Shown: positions 11,124 through 22,109 of the stretch, in pieces
How positions within the stretch are numbered: the first letter of the stretch is position 1
Layout: every line of letters starts with the position of its first letter
Source of the DNA: a virus
Taxonomy: Duplodnaviria; Caudoviricetes
Virus record (IMG/VR): IMGVR_UViG_3300032038_000010
Location: 64,001-128,000 of that record
Direction: 5' to 3' (one strand)
Length of the DNA: 64,000 bases
Position numbers and translations under genes: made by a program
The notes under the pieces: model-generated
What the model was told of the DNA's origin: nothing
The model's database searches: none
Seen by the model: only the letters and a program-made list of their open reading frames with translations

Positions 11124-11601
11124 ACTTATTCTTATGTGCGGCGTACCTGGTTCTGGGAAGACTACTTTCTGTAAAAATCATCTAACTGAAAATGATGTTC
11201 ATATTTCTCGTGATGAAGTAAGATTTTCTTTGCTTAAAGATGGTGAAGATTATTTTGCACATGAAGATACAGTTTATAAAGAATTTTGGAGACGAATTAA
11301 TGAAGCTCTTGCTTCAGGTAAGAACGTTTTCGCAGATCAAACTAATCTTTCTCCAAAAGCAAGAAAATATTTACTTAATAATGTAAATGGATATGATGAA
11401 GTAGATTGTCTTTGGTTTAATTGTTCCGTTCAATTTTGCTTAAATAATAATGAAAAAAGAAAAGGTATTGGTCGAACATATGTTCCTCGTGGCGTAATTC
11501 GACGAATGGCAGCACAATTTATTCCGCCTACTCATGAAGAAGGATTTACTCATGTTTGGATGTATTATCCAGAAAAACATTTAATAGGAGGTGAAAACTA
11601 A
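11116..11601 (+). CDS. P-loop kinase (AAA_33 / polynucleotide-kinase-like)
   Basis: GVPGSGKT, SRDEVR, DQTN. Confidence 0.8.
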   Translation: MGKLILMCGVPGSGKTTFCKNHLTENDVHISRDEVRFSLLKDGEDYFAHEDTVYKEFWRRINEALASGKNVFADQTNLSPKARKYLLNNVNGYDEVDCLWFNCSVQFCLNNNEKRKGIGRTYVPRGVIRRMAAQFIPPTHEEGFTHVWMYYPEKHLIGGEN

Positions 11602-12152
11602 TGGGAAAGATATGGTTGACATCAGACTTGCATTTTTCACATAATCAAGATTTTCTTTGGCAGCCACGCGGTTTTGAAAATATTTATGAACATAATGAAA
11701 CTATTATTAAAAATTTTAATGAAGTAGTTGGTTGGGATGATGACCTTTATATTCTGGGAGATTGTTTTCTTAATAATAATGAAGAAGGAATGAAGTGTAT
11801 GCGGCAGCTGCCTGGTAGACTTCATATTATCTGGGGTAATCATGATACATTAACTAGACAAACATTACTTTCAAATGAGCCTCGTGTAATTATACATGGA
11901 TATGCTGATATAATTAAATATAATAATTATCATTTTTATCTTAGCCATTATCCAACAATAACAACCAATTTTGATGATGATAAAAAATTTAAAGCAAGAT
12001 TATTTTCATTATCAGGACATACACATAGTAAAGCTATATGGCAACCCGCATGTGAATCTAGTTATAATGTAGCTCTTGACGCTCATAATAACTATCCTGT
12101 TGATATAGAAACTATAATTAATGATTTGAAGGAGAAACATAATAATGGATAA
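11601..12152 (+). CDS. Calcineurin-like phosphoesterase
   Basis: SDLHFSH, LGD, GNHD, HYP, GHTH. Confidence 0.85.
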   Translation: MGKIWLTSDLHFSHNQDFLWQPRGFENIYEHNETIIKNFNEVVGWDDDLYILGDCFLNNNEEGMKCMRQLPGRLHIIWGNHDTLTRQTLLSNEPRVIIHGYADIIKYNNYHFYLSHYPTITTNFDDDKKFKARLFSLSGHTHSKAIWQPACESSYNVALDAHNNYPVDIETIINDLKEKHNNG

Positions 12153-12405
12153 AACAAATATCCCTGTAGTAATATTTGCTATTATAGGCATAATTGCACT
12201 ATTTATTTTTCTTCCATTTCTTTGCTTTGCTGGAGGATGGATTACTGGATGGCTTATTAAATTAATTTTCGGCAATACTTTTTGTAATGGTCTTGCTCTG
12301 ATTGGAATTCATATTGCTCCTTCTCAGATTCCTCTTTTATGCGGTATTATTGGAGTAATTGGAAGCTTTTTCAAAAATACTATTAATACAAATAAAAAGG
12401 ATTAA
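12145..12405 (+). CDS. Small membrane protein
   Basis: Mostly hydrophobic 86 aa; AAGGAG SD. Confidence 0.65.
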   Translation: MDKTNIPVVIFAIIGIIALFIFLPFLCFAGGWITGWLIKLIFGNTFCNGLALIGIHIAPSQIPLLCGIIGVIGSFFKNTINTNKKD

Positions 12406-12407
12406 TT

Positions 12408-12842
12408 ATGAAATCAGGCATTAAATTAGTATATTCTGATTATAATGAAGAAACAGGCATTTCAATAGTCAGAATACAGACTCCATATGGAGTATTTAAA
12501 GGTAAAGCAAGGCTCAATCCGAAAGATGCTAATATTGCTTCTCATTATGAAGGATGTAAATATGCAGAAATGCGGGCTTATATTAAATATTTTAAATTTA
12601 TGATTAAAATAAAGCGAACTGCTTATGACGAATTACAGAAACTTTATAATCAATTAAAATACAGTACACCCGCAGTCGCCCAAAATGATATTGTTCTTAA
12701 TCTAATTAATGATTATATGACCGATTTAAATAATACTATCCAATCTTATAAAAAAGCTATTACAAAATATACAAACAATATTACAAAATCTATTAACGAA
12801 CGAGAAACAATTCTCAACCGTATTAAAAAAGGTCAAAAATAA
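12408..12842 (+). CDS. Hypothetical protein
   Basis: 144 aa; SD; coiled-coil-like C-terminus. Confidence 0.65.
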   Translation: MKSGIKLVYSDYNEETGISIVRIQTPYGVFKGKARLNPKDANIASHYEGCKYAEMRAYIKYFKFMIKIKRTAYDELQKLYNQLKYSTPAVAQNDIVLNLINDYMTDLNNTIQSYKKAITKYTNNITKSINERETILNRIKKGQK

Positions 12843-12984
12843 GTAATCATTTGCATTTAAAAATTATTACATATAGAGTAATAGGCTTAGGTAAGATATT
12901 TACTATAGTATTTTACCTAAAATTTTATATATGGATTTCTCCTCTTCCATATATTGATACTAGAAAAGGAGCATGATAATATAG

Positions 12985-14220
12985 ATGCAACACTATTTTT
13001 ATGATACTTGTGCATTATTAAATCATAGCAAAATGATTTTTGAACAATCAAAAGAAAAATTTTATATTAGTAATTTAACATTAAAAGAACTTGAAAATAT
13101 TAAAACTTCTTTTAATAAAGATGCTGAAATAAAATATAAAGCAAGAAGAGTGGCACAAGAATTAATTACTTATGAAGATAAATATGAAGTAATTAATTAT
13201 AAGCAAAGCTATGATGAACAATTAAAACAATACGATGTATTATCTGATAATATGGACAGTAGAATTATTTTAACTGCATTGGCAACAAAGGATTGTATCT
13301 TTGTAACTGATGATCTCTATTGTTCTCAAATTGCAAAATCCTTAAATATTCCTGTTAAATTTCTTTTTACAGAAAATGACAATTATAAAGGGTATACAAT
13401 TATTACTCCAAAGGATGAAGATGAAATGGCGTATACTTATAAGACCATTTTTGATAATCCATCTGAATTTAATTTAAAAAATCATGAATACCTTTTAATT
13501 AGAACAGATGAAGGTATCGTTGATAAATATATTTTAATTGACAATGAATTAGAAAGATTAACAGATTTTATTTCATTTGATAGCACCCAGTTTGGTAAGG
13601 TTAAAGCAAGAGACGCTTATCAAGCTATTGCTATGGATAGTTTAAGAAGAAATAAAATTACTGCATTGCGGGGACCCGCAGGGAGTGGTAAATCATATCT
13701 AGCTATGTCCTATCTTTTTAGTCAACTAGAACATGGAAAAATTGATAGAATTGTTATTTTTTGTAACACAGTCGCAACTAATGGCTCTGCAAAATTAGGA
13801 TATTACCCAGGAACAAAAGATGAAAAGCTGTTAGATTCACAGATTGGAAATTTTTTAACTAGTAAAGTGGGAGACCGCATCCAAGTTGAGAAATATATGG
13901 GTGAAGGACAAATTATTCTACTTCCAATGTCTGATATTCGTGGTTTTGATACTACTGGTATGAACGCTGGTATTTATATTACAGAAGCACAAAATATGGA
14001 TATTGAATTAATGAAGCTTGCTTTACAAAGAATTGGAGAAGATTCAATTTGTATTCTTGATGGTGATGATACTGCTCAGGTTGATTTAGGTATATATGCT
14101 GGATCAAATAATGGCTTGAGAAGAGTATCTCAAGTATTTAGAGGAGAAAATATATATGGAGAAGTAACACTTCCAAATATATATAGAAGCAAAATTGCAA
14201 AGATTGCACAGAAAATGTAA
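12985..14220 (+). CDS. phoH: PIN-PhoH (PhoH2-type) protein
   Basis: N-terminal PIN (YDTCAL...D...VTDD); GPAGSGKS, LGYYPG, IRG, EAQN, GDDTAQVD. Confidence 0.85.
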   Translation: MQHYFYDTCALLNHSKMIFEQSKEKFYISNLTLKELENIKTSFNKDAEIKYKARRVAQELITYEDKYEVINYKQSYDEQLKQYDVLSDNMDSRIILTALATKDCIFVTDDLYCSQIAKSLNIPVKFLFTENDNYKGYTIITPKDEDEMAYTYKTIFDNPSEFNLKNHEYLLIRTDEGIVDKYILIDNELERLTDFISFDSTQFGKVKARDAYQAIAMDSLRRNKITALRGPAGSGKSYLAMSYLFSQLEHGKIDRIVIFCNTVATNGSAKLGYYPGTKDEKLLDSQIGNFLTSKVGDRIQVEKYMGEGQIILLPMSDIRGFDTTGMNAGIYITEAQNMDIELMKLALQRIGEDSICILDGDDTAQVDLGIYAGSNNGLRRVSQVFRGENIYGEVTLPNIYRSKIAKIAQKM

Positions 14221-14228
14221 TCTTAATA

Positions 14229-14262
14229 TTAGCTCTAGGTGTAAAAGCCTAGAGCTAATTTT
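14229..14262 (+). terminator. Intrinsic terminator
   Basis: TAGCTCTAGG...CCTAGAGCTA followed by T tract. Confidence 0.65.
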
Positions 14263-14284
14263 TATACAAAAGGAGAACTAGTAT

Positions 14285-14719
14285 ATGTTATTATTCAGAA
14301 AGAAACAATATTACCAAAAACGTGCAAATAAAATGCGTAATACTCTTGAAAAATGGGATATTGAAAAAGAAACTCTTAAACAACAGGAAGAAATAAATCA
14401 TGAATACCAAGAAATTAAACAGATAAATGCAAAAAAGAAAATGGCTACATCTAAAGTTATTTTATTCTTATTTATAGGAATGTGTTTATTTGGTATGTTT
14501 TTAACGGGATGGGCTACAATTCAATCTGTAACTATAGCGGCCGCCCTTGGTGTTATGCCAGACTTCGCCCCTATTGTTGCATTTATTGGATCCGTAGTAG
14601 CTCCAATTATTCCAATCTTTAGATATTATCAAAAATCAGAAAATGAAAATACTAAAGGTGGAATTGTTTATGATTCAGTCATTTCTAATAATGAAGATGA
14701 CAGTAATGGAGTCGGTTAA
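14285..14719 (+). CDS. Holin-like membrane protein
   Basis: Two hydrophobic segments; directly upstream of amidase. Confidence 0.5.
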   Translation: MLLFRKKQYYQKRANKMRNTLEKWDIEKETLKQQEEINHEYQEIKQINAKKKMATSKVILFLFIGMCLFGMFLTGWATIQSVTIAAALGVMPDFAPIVAFIGSVVAPIIPIFRYYQKSENENTKGGIVYDSVISNNEDDSNGVG

Positions 14720-14771
14720 GAAATGGAATCTCACCTAATATGATTTTCAAAAGGAGGAGAAAAATAAAACA

Positions 14772-15593
14772 ATGGCAATCAATATAATTAAAAAAACTGG
14801 AACTCATGGTATGTATCATAAAGCAAGACAAATTAAATATCTTGTAATTCACTATACCGCTGGAGTAACATCAAAAGTAGGCGCAGCTAGGAATACTGCA
14901 TCTTGGTTTTCAAATCCTAACGCGGGAGGAACTGCAGATTTCATTGTAGATGATGGTGAAATTGTGCAATATAACCCAGATCCTTTAAACTATGCTTGCT
15001 GGGCTGTTGGCGGCAGTAAGTACAATAATAAGGGTGGGAAGCTATATAAAGTAGCTACGAACATGAATTGTATTTCTATTGAAATTTGTAGCTCTAACAA
15101 AACAGGCAAAGCGACTACTCCGAATGATAAAAACTGGTATTTTACTGATGCCGCAATTAATAATGCTATAAAGTTATCAAAATATTTGATGCAGAAATAT
15201 AATATTCCAGCGAGCAGAGTAATTCGCCACTATGATGTTACTGGTAAGCTTTGTCCTGGCATTTATGGGTGGAATGCAAATTCTGGCTCTGAAGCCACTT
15301 GGAATAATTTTAAATCAAGACTTGGCGGCGGTGCCTCTGTAACGCCCCCTACTCCAGCTCAACCATCTGCTCAACCGGCTGCCGCAAATACTGTACCAAG
15401 TGGTTCATTTACTGTAGAAGTATTAGTAAATGATTTAAATATTAGAAAAACTCCTAACGGAGAAAAAACTGGTAAAGTAACGGGCAAAGGTAAGTTTACT
15501 ATTGTTCAAACTCAAAACGGATGGGGACTGTTAAAATCTTATGCAAAAAATAAAAATGGTTGGATTAATTTGAAATATACAAAAAGGGTATAA
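14772..15593 (+). CDS. Endolysin: N-acetylmuramoyl-L-alanine amidase (Amidase_2) with SH3b-like domain
   Basis: VIHYT, SIEIC, RHYDVTGKLCP; Pro/Ala linker; LNIRKTP...GWI. Confidence 0.9.
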   Translation: MAINIIKKTGTHGMYHKARQIKYLVIHYTAGVTSKVGAARNTASWFSNPNAGGTADFIVDDGEIVQYNPDPLNYACWAVGGSKYNNKGGKLYKVATNMNCISIEICSSNKTGKATTPNDKNWYFTDAAINNAIKLSKYLMQKYNIPASRVIRHYDVTGKLCPGIYGWNANSGSEATWNNFKSRLGGGASVTPPTPAQPSAQPAAANTVPSGSFTVEVLVNDLNIRKTPNGEKTGKVTGKGKFTIVQTQNGWGLLKSYAKNKNGWINLKYTKRV

Positions 15594-15601
15594 ATAATAA
15601 T

Positions 15602-15632
15602 ATGGGCTTATGCTTCTGCATAAGCCCATTTA
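15602..15632 (+). terminator. Intrinsic terminator after endolysin
   Basis: ATGGGCTTATGC TTCT GCATAAGCCCAT perfect stem. Confidence 0.7.
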
Positions 15633-15823
15633 TATCCATTTTGCCCAACCTACCCCACAGGAATAGTTTATTATATTAATAGACTATTCCATTTTTTTTG
15701 TTTCTATTTTTAACAAAATTTTTATTTGGAAACATATAGAACTCTATAATCTAAAAAATTTTGACAAATACAAAAAAATCTGATATAATATATTTATAAA
15801 AATAATATAGAAAGGAATATTTT

Positions 15824-18795
15824 ATGGCTACTGATAAAACTCTATATACAGATAAATCGATCGAATCACTCAGCCCCTTAGAGTTCACCAGACTCAGACC
15901 TCAGGTGTATGCAGGTGACTGCTCATATAGCACACAGCTCCTGGTCGAAATTGTTTCTAACGCTATTGATGAGTTCCGACTTGGTCATGGTTCTAAAATT
16001 GAAGTTAATATAAATAAAGATATTGTTTATGTTCGAGATTATGGACAAGGTTTTCTTGTCAACTCAATGAGAGACGATGGTAAGACTGTCCTTGAAGCTG
16101 CGTTTAGTATATTAAATACATCTGGTAAATATCGTGATGATGGAACTTATGAAGGAACTTCTCTTGGTTCTTTTGGTATTGGTTCTAAAATTACGACTTT
16201 TCTTTCTCATCATACTGAAGTTGAAACTTGGAGAGATGGACAGACTGAATCAATAGGCTTTACAGAAGGCGTTTTTAATGGCGATCGCAAGGTCGGCCCT
16301 TCAAAAGAACCGAATGGAACATATGTTCGGTGGCAGCCTTCAGAAGAGTTCTTCACGCATACTGAAGTTGAAATTGATAAAGTAAAGACACTTTTTAATA
16401 CATTAGTTTGCCTTTGTCCTGGTTTAACAATTGAATTAGATTATAATGGAAAGAAAACTACTTATGTATCACAGCATGGTCTCAATGACCTTGTAGATGA
16501 GGCTGTGAAAGATAAGGAACTTATTTCAAATCGTTTTAATATGAATTTTGCAGAAGGCAAAAATAAGATGGATATGGTTCTTACATATACATCTAATTAT
16601 TCTTCTACCATTATTCCTTATGTTAATACAGGCCTTACTGAATCTGGCCAGCATATTACACAGGTCAAAACAACACTAACTCGTGTATTTAATAAATTCT
16701 TTAAAGAAAAGAAATGGCTTAAAAATAAAGATGAAAACTTAACAGGCGATGATATTCAAGAAGGAATGTATATTGTATTTAATATTACAGCTCCTAACGT
16801 TGGATATGACGCACAGGTTAAGTCAAGAATTACTAAAATTGATATGGCTCCATTTACTGGGATGTTATCTGAAAATCTTGAATATTGGCTTAATAACAAT
16901 GAAAAAGAAATTAAGCAGATATTTGATAAAGCAGCATCCGCAAAGAAAGCAAGAGAAGCTGCAAAGAAAGCAAGAGAAAGAGTTCGTGAACAAGGTAAGA
17001 AGAAAGAAAAAGCACTCAAGTTCGATTCTAAACTTGCAGATTGCTGGTCTAAAGACCGCTCTAAATGTGAAATTTATGTTACCGAAGGTGATAGCGCTAG
17101 TGGTAATTTGAAAACTGCTCGTAACAATGAATTTCAAGCAGTATTACCTGTCCGTGGTAAAATTCTTAACGTAAGGAAAGCTTCACTTGAGAAAATTCAA
17201 AAAAACGCAGAGATTATGACAATGATTGAAGCTTTTGGTCTTAAAGTTGATTTAAAGACAATGAAATTGACATATGACCCAGCTGATTTGAGATACGACA
17301 AGATCATTATTGAATCGGACGCAGATGTAGATGGTGAACCAAGTGTTAGTGCCAATGAAAAACTTTACGCTTAATCAGGCGGGTAATGCTTTTGGGCAAA
17401 ACATATTTATGTGATCCATACGGATTTCATATAAATATGAAAGAGAAAAAGCATTGCTAACGGGGCATCCTAAACTATTAAGCATGGAAATCCCGTGGGA
17501 AACTTATATTTATCCATTTCTCTTTCAATTAAATATAAAAATGGGGGAGAAATACAATGATTGGTATTTATAAAATTATTGATAAAGATGACCCAACAAA
17601 ATTTTATGTTGGTCAATCAAATGATATTGAAAGGCGTATTAAAGAACATATCCAAAAATCATATAAACAATCACGAATCCCATTTGATGATTATATTAAT
17701 CAGAGAGGGAAAGAAAACTTCACTTTTGAAGTTTTAGAAGAATGTTCATTAAATGAATTAAATGAAAAAGAAAGATATTGGATACAAAAATTAAATGCAA
17801 CATCTTCTGGTAACAAATTTAATGGTGGTACTACTAATGTAATTGGAGAAAATAATCCAAGAGCAAAATTAACTGAAGAAGATGTAAAAATTATCCGTAC
17901 TGCTTATAAAAATCATTTAAAACAAAAAGATGTATACGAACAATTTAAAGATAAAATTTCATTTGGATATTTTCAAAATGTGTGGCAGGGAAAATCTTGG
18001 TCACATATAATGCCTGAAGTTTTTACAAAAGAAAATAAAAAATATTATATATACCAAAATAGTAATGGCTCTCAAGGAGCAAGCGCACAATTTACTGACG
18101 ATGAAGTTATAACAATTCGTCAAAGATATGTAAATGAAAGCGCAAAACAAATTTACGAAGATTATAAAGATCGAGTAAAATATCAAACTTTTCAAGCTTT
18201 ATTATGGGGAAGAAGTTATAAAAATCTTCCAATCTATAAAAAGAAAGAAAAGAAATGGATAAATATTTGAACCTGTATCGACTATCTCCTTTGCCTTCTG
18301 GGCGGGAGAGTAGGGCTGCTATTGATACGCAGTTCGAAATGGTTTCCTCTCTATCATGAGAGTAAAAGATAGTCAGTGCTAATGGAAACATTAGATAACA
18401 CGGCCCATATCAAGAACCTATTTTATACCTTTATCTGGACTTTCTGTCCTCAACTAATCCTGGATGGTCATGTCTACGCAGGCGTGCCGCCGCTTTACAA
18501 GATTACAGAAACAAAAGATAAGTATGTATATCTTAAAGATGATGCCGCACTTATTGAATACAGAAATAATCATAAAGGTAAAAAGTACCAGGTTAATCGC
18601 CTCAAGGGACTAGGGGAGATGTCCGCAGACGAGACCTCTATCCTCGTAGAGGCCGATCAGAGAATTATTAGACAGGTTACAGTGGCAGACATTGATATTG
18701 CTAATAAACTGTTTGATGATTTAATGGGAACGGCAATTCTTCCTCGTAAAAAATATATTCAAGAACATTCAAAAGAAGCGACGTATAATGTTTAA
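15824..18795 (+). CDS. gyrB: Type IIA topoisomerase B subunit; exons 15824-17335 and 18403-18795
   Basis: NAIDE, DYGQG, EGDSA, PVRGKILN; splicing restores DADVDG|AHIKNL; RLKGLGEM. Confidence 0.9.
17336..18402 (+). mobile_element. Group I intron in gyrB
   Basis: Exon ends in U, intron ends in G; GCTAACGGGG, AATCCCGTG, GTATCGACTA and AAGATAGTC core-like elements; splice restores the conserved motif. Confidence 0.9.
17557..18270 (+). CDS. Intron-encoded GIY-YIG homing endonuclease
   Basis: GIYKI...FYVGQS...RR..EH...EKERYWI. Confidence 0.9.
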   Translation: MIGIYKIIDKDDPTKFYVGQSNDIERRIKEHIQKSYKQSRIPFDDYINQRGKENFTFEVLEECSLNELNEKERYWIQKLNATSSGNKFNGGTTNVIGENNPRAKLTEEDVKIIRTAYKNHLKQKDVYEQFKDKISFGYFQNVWQGKSWSHIMPEVFTKENKKYYIYQNSNGSQGASAQFTDDEVITIRQRYVNESAKQIYEDYKDRVKYQTFQALLWGRSYKNLPIYKKKEKKWINI

Positions 18796-18883
18796 AATAT
18801 TTTATGCATTTTTAGTCAAAATTGACAAAAATAGTCTACTTAATTTTAAAGTATATTAATAGACAAAGGAAGGAGAGTCAATT

Positions 18884-19783
18884 ATGACTAAAGAAGAATT
18901 TTGTCAACAATATGGATATAGTTTACAAACTTTAAAAACTAGTTTTAATAGAACTAAAGAATCCTTATCGCATAAAGGATACATATTAACAAGGGAGGGA
19001 AGTTGGCCAAATGCCAATTATACTGTAGTTGAAGATAAAAGTTTAATTCCTCCTAAAAAAATTACATTAAGTACACGATTAATTGGACAAAGATTTGGAC
19101 ATTTAACTGTATTAAAAGATACTGGGAAAAGATTTTATCGAAGTATTGTATGGGATTGTGTATGTGATTGCGGAAGACATCATGAAGCAACATCTAATAA
19201 TTTAAGTGGTGGGCATGTTAAAAGTTGTGCTAATATGGATTGTCCTTATAGCAAAACCTATGATGATTTAACTAATCAAAAATTTGGTTTATTAACAGCT
19301 TTATATCCGACAAGTATGAAAGATGGATCTCATATGTACTGGATGTGCAAGTGTGATTGTGGTAATTTAAAAGAAGTATCTTCTAGCTCATTAAAATCTC
19401 ATACAGTACAATCTTGCGGATGTTTAAAACAATCTGTAGGAGAATTAAATATTAAAAAAATTTTAGAACAAAATAATATTAATTTTTGTGAACAATATAC
19501 TTTTGCAGATTTAAAAAATAAAAAACCTTTACGATTTGATTTTGCTATTTTTAAAGACAATCAATTATTTAGACTAGTTGAATTTGATGGTATTCAACAT
19601 TATGAAGAACAAGCATATTTTTCTCATTCACTCGCAGAAATTCAACAAAATGATAAAATAAAGAATGAATATTGTCAACAGCATAATATAATTTTAGTAC
19701 GTATTCCATATTGGGAACGAGACAATATAACTTTAGATATGATAATGGGAGATAAATATATATATGGATCAACAACAAATTGA
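18884..19783 (+). CDS. Free-standing endonuclease (repeated CxCDCG units plus PD-(D/E)XK-like C-terminus)
   Basis: Two FGxLT...CxCDCG...SC units; LRFDF...VEFDGIQHY. Confidence 0.75.
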   Translation: MTKEEFCQQYGYSLQTLKTSFNRTKESLSHKGYILTREGSWPNANYTVVEDKSLIPPKKITLSTRLIGQRFGHLTVLKDTGKRFYRSIVWDCVCDCGRHHEATSNNLSGGHVKSCANMDCPYSKTYDDLTNQKFGLLTALYPTSMKDGSHMYWMCKCDCGNLKEVSSSSLKSHTVQSCGCLKQSVGELNIKKILEQNNINFCEQYTFADLKNKKPLRFDFAIFKDNQLFRLVEFDGIQHYEEQAYFSHSLAEIQQNDKIKNEYCQQHNIILVRIPYWERDNITLDMIMGDKYIYGSTTN

Positions 19784-22106
19784 ATTAAATCACGAATTGG
19801 GTGCTAACTTTATTGAATATGCTGCAGCCTGTAATACAGATAGAGCTATTCCAGACGCAAAATGCGGTTTGAAGCCAGTGGCACGCCGTATACTCTACGG
19901 AGCTCTTGAGGGTGGAAGAGTTTCATCCAAGCCTTATGTTAAGAGTGCTAGAATTGTTGGTGATGTAATGGGACAGTTACATCCGCATGGAGATTCTAGT
20001 ATTTATGGAGCATTAGTAAGACTAGCTCAAGATTGGGTAATGCGCTACCCTCTTATTGATTTTCACGGTAATGTTGGTAGTATTGGCGGAGACGGTCCTG
20101 CCGCATCTCGATATACAGAAGCAAGATTGTCAAAACTTAGCGAAGATGGATTGCTAATTGGATTAAAGAAGAAGAATGTTAATTTCGTACCAAATTATGA
20201 TGAAACTATGGAAGAGCCTGAAACTCTTCCAGCTATCTTCCCTAATCTTCTTTGCAATCCAAACAGCGGGATCGGCGTTGCTATAGCTTGTAACTGGGCG
20301 CCGCACAATCTTCGAGAAGTAGCTCAAGCTATTGAAGATTATATGGATGGGAAAACACCAGTTCTTCCTGGCCCTGATTTCCCAACGGGCGGTCAAATTA
20401 TAAATAAGAATGATATTCCTAATATCATGGCAACAGGTCATGGTAGTGTTAAAATTAGAGCAAGATATAAAGTAGAAAAAAATCAAATTATTTTCTATGA
20501 AATTCCGTATGGAACTACTATTGAAGGATTGATTGCAGAAGTCGGTGCAGCTTGCGATAATAAAGAACTTGAAGGTATTACTGACATCCATGATGAAAGT
20601 AATAAAAAAGGAATTAGAGTTGTTGTAACTTGTGATAAAGGAGTGTCACCAGACGCAATAGTACAGAAAATTTATCAAAAAACTAATTTTCAGACTTCAT
20701 TCTCATATAATCAAGTTGCTCTTGTCGATAAGACTCCTGTTGAGCTAAATCTGAAAGATTGCATTAAGATTTATATTCAGCATAATATTGATTGCTTAAT
20801 TAAAGAAAGCAATTTTGATTTAGAAAAAGCAAAAGCAAGACTAGAAGTAGTTGAAGGACTAATTAAAGCACTCGAAGATATTGATAATATTATCGCATTA
20901 ATTAAAAAATCAGAAAGTGCGGCCTCCGCTAAGACTATACTAATGGTTCAGTATAATTTTACTGAAAATCAGGCTAAAGCTATCCTTGCGATGAGATTAA
21001 GCTCTCTTGCTAAACTGGAAAAGGTTGAGCTGCAAGAAGAAAAGAAATCTCTTATTAGCCAAATTGAAGATTTAAATGACATTCTCATTAATAAAGAACG
21101 TCAGATTAATATTATCAGAGCTAGACTTGATACGCTAGTAAAAAAATATGGCGATGACCGTAGAACAGAACTCGCTCAAATTGATATTAAGCCAGAAGAT
21201 AAAGAAGTAGAAACTGTTATTCCTGAAGATGTAGTTGTTGTTGTAACTAAATCTGGTGATGTAAAAAGAATAGCAAAAAATAGCTTTAAGACTCAAAGAA
21301 AAAATGGTAAAGGTGTAAAAACTTTAGATGATGTTATTCTTACAACAATTTCTACTAATACTATTGATACACTAATGATTTTTACTAATAAAGGTAAAAT
21401 GTTTAGACTATTAGTAGATAATATACCAGCAGGAACAAATGCTTCAAAAGGACAAAATCTTGCTACAATTATTAAGATGGACTCTGATGAGAGTATTTCT
21501 GCGGTAACCTCTTTGCATCATCAAACTAATGCAGAATATGCAATCTTCTTTACAAAGAATGGTTTGATTAAGAAATCTGCTTTAACTGAGTATAAAAACA
21601 TCAAGAAAAGCACTGGTATTCAAGCTATTAAACTTAAAGATGGCGATGAATTAGTTAATGTAACCTTTTTAAAAGATGAACCTGTGATTGTTATTACTAA
21701 GAATGGCTTTGCAATCAAGTTTGATACTAAAGATATTGCTGCAACAGGTAGAGTCACAAGTGGAGTAAAAGCAATTAAATTAAGTGAAGATGATTCAGTT
21801 TTAATTGGATTGCCAATTAGTCCTAAAAAGAAATATTTAGCAATAGTATCAGCAAACGGAGTTGGAAAGAAAACAGATATTAATGAATTTCCACTTCAAG
21901 GCCGAGGCGGTAAAGGACTATTTGCTTATAAATCAGATAAACATATTGCAGGCGCCGCATTAGTCGATGATACTGATAGCGTCTTGATTCGCGGCGTCCC
22001 TAATTCAATATGTATCGCAGCTTCAGATTTGCCTCTTGTGAGTCGAATTGGAATTGGTAATATCCTTATTAAGAATACGAATGTTACTGGTGTAATTAAA
22101 TTATAA
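19764..22106 (+). CDS. gyrA: Type IIA topoisomerase A subunit
   Basis: GLKPVARR, HPHGD, AASRYTE, GPDFPTG, beta-pinwheel CTD with QRKNGKG. Confidence 0.93.
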   Translation: MDQQQIELNHELGANFIEYAAACNTDRAIPDAKCGLKPVARRILYGALEGGRVSSKPYVKSARIVGDVMGQLHPHGDSSIYGALVRLAQDWVMRYPLIDFHGNVGSIGGDGPAASRYTEARLSKLSEDGLLIGLKKKNVNFVPNYDETMEEPETLPAIFPNLLCNPNSGIGVAIACNWAPHNLREVAQAIEDYMDGKTPVLPGPDFPTGGQIINKNDIPNIMATGHGSVKIRARYKVEKNQIIFYEIPYGTTIEGLIAEVGAACDNKELEGITDIHDESNKKGIRVVVTCDKGVSPDAIVQKIYQKTNFQTSFSYNQVALVDKTPVELNLKDCIKIYIQHNIDCLIKESNFDLEKAKARLEVVEGLIKALEDIDNIIALIKKSESAASAKTILMVQYNFTENQAKAILAMRLSSLAKLEKVELQEEKKSLISQIEDLNDILINKERQINIIRARLDTLVKKYGDDRRTELAQIDIKPEDKEVETVIPEDVVVVVTKSGDVKRIAKNSFKTQRKNGKGVKTLDDVILTTISTNTIDTLMIFTNKGKMFRLLVDNIPAGTNASKGQNLATIIKMDSDESISAVTSLHHQTNAEYAIFFTKNGLIKKSALTEYKNIKKSTGIQAIKLKDGDELVNVTFLKDEPVIVITKNGFAIKFDTKDIAATGRVTSGVKAIKLSEDDSVLIGLPISPKKKYLAIVSANGVGKKTDINEFPLQGRGGKGLFAYKSDKHIAGAALVDDTDSVLIRGVPNSICIAASDLPLVSRIGIGNILIKNTNVTGVIKL

Positions 22107-22109
22107 TTA

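Noticed and set aside
17336-18402. Split gyrB, dnaE, nrdD and terminase as separate genes or inteins
   Set aside because: The inserts contain in-frame stops and group I core elements, and removing them at U|...G| boundaries restores conserved motifs. Track tails such as EPSVSANEKLYA are intron sequence.
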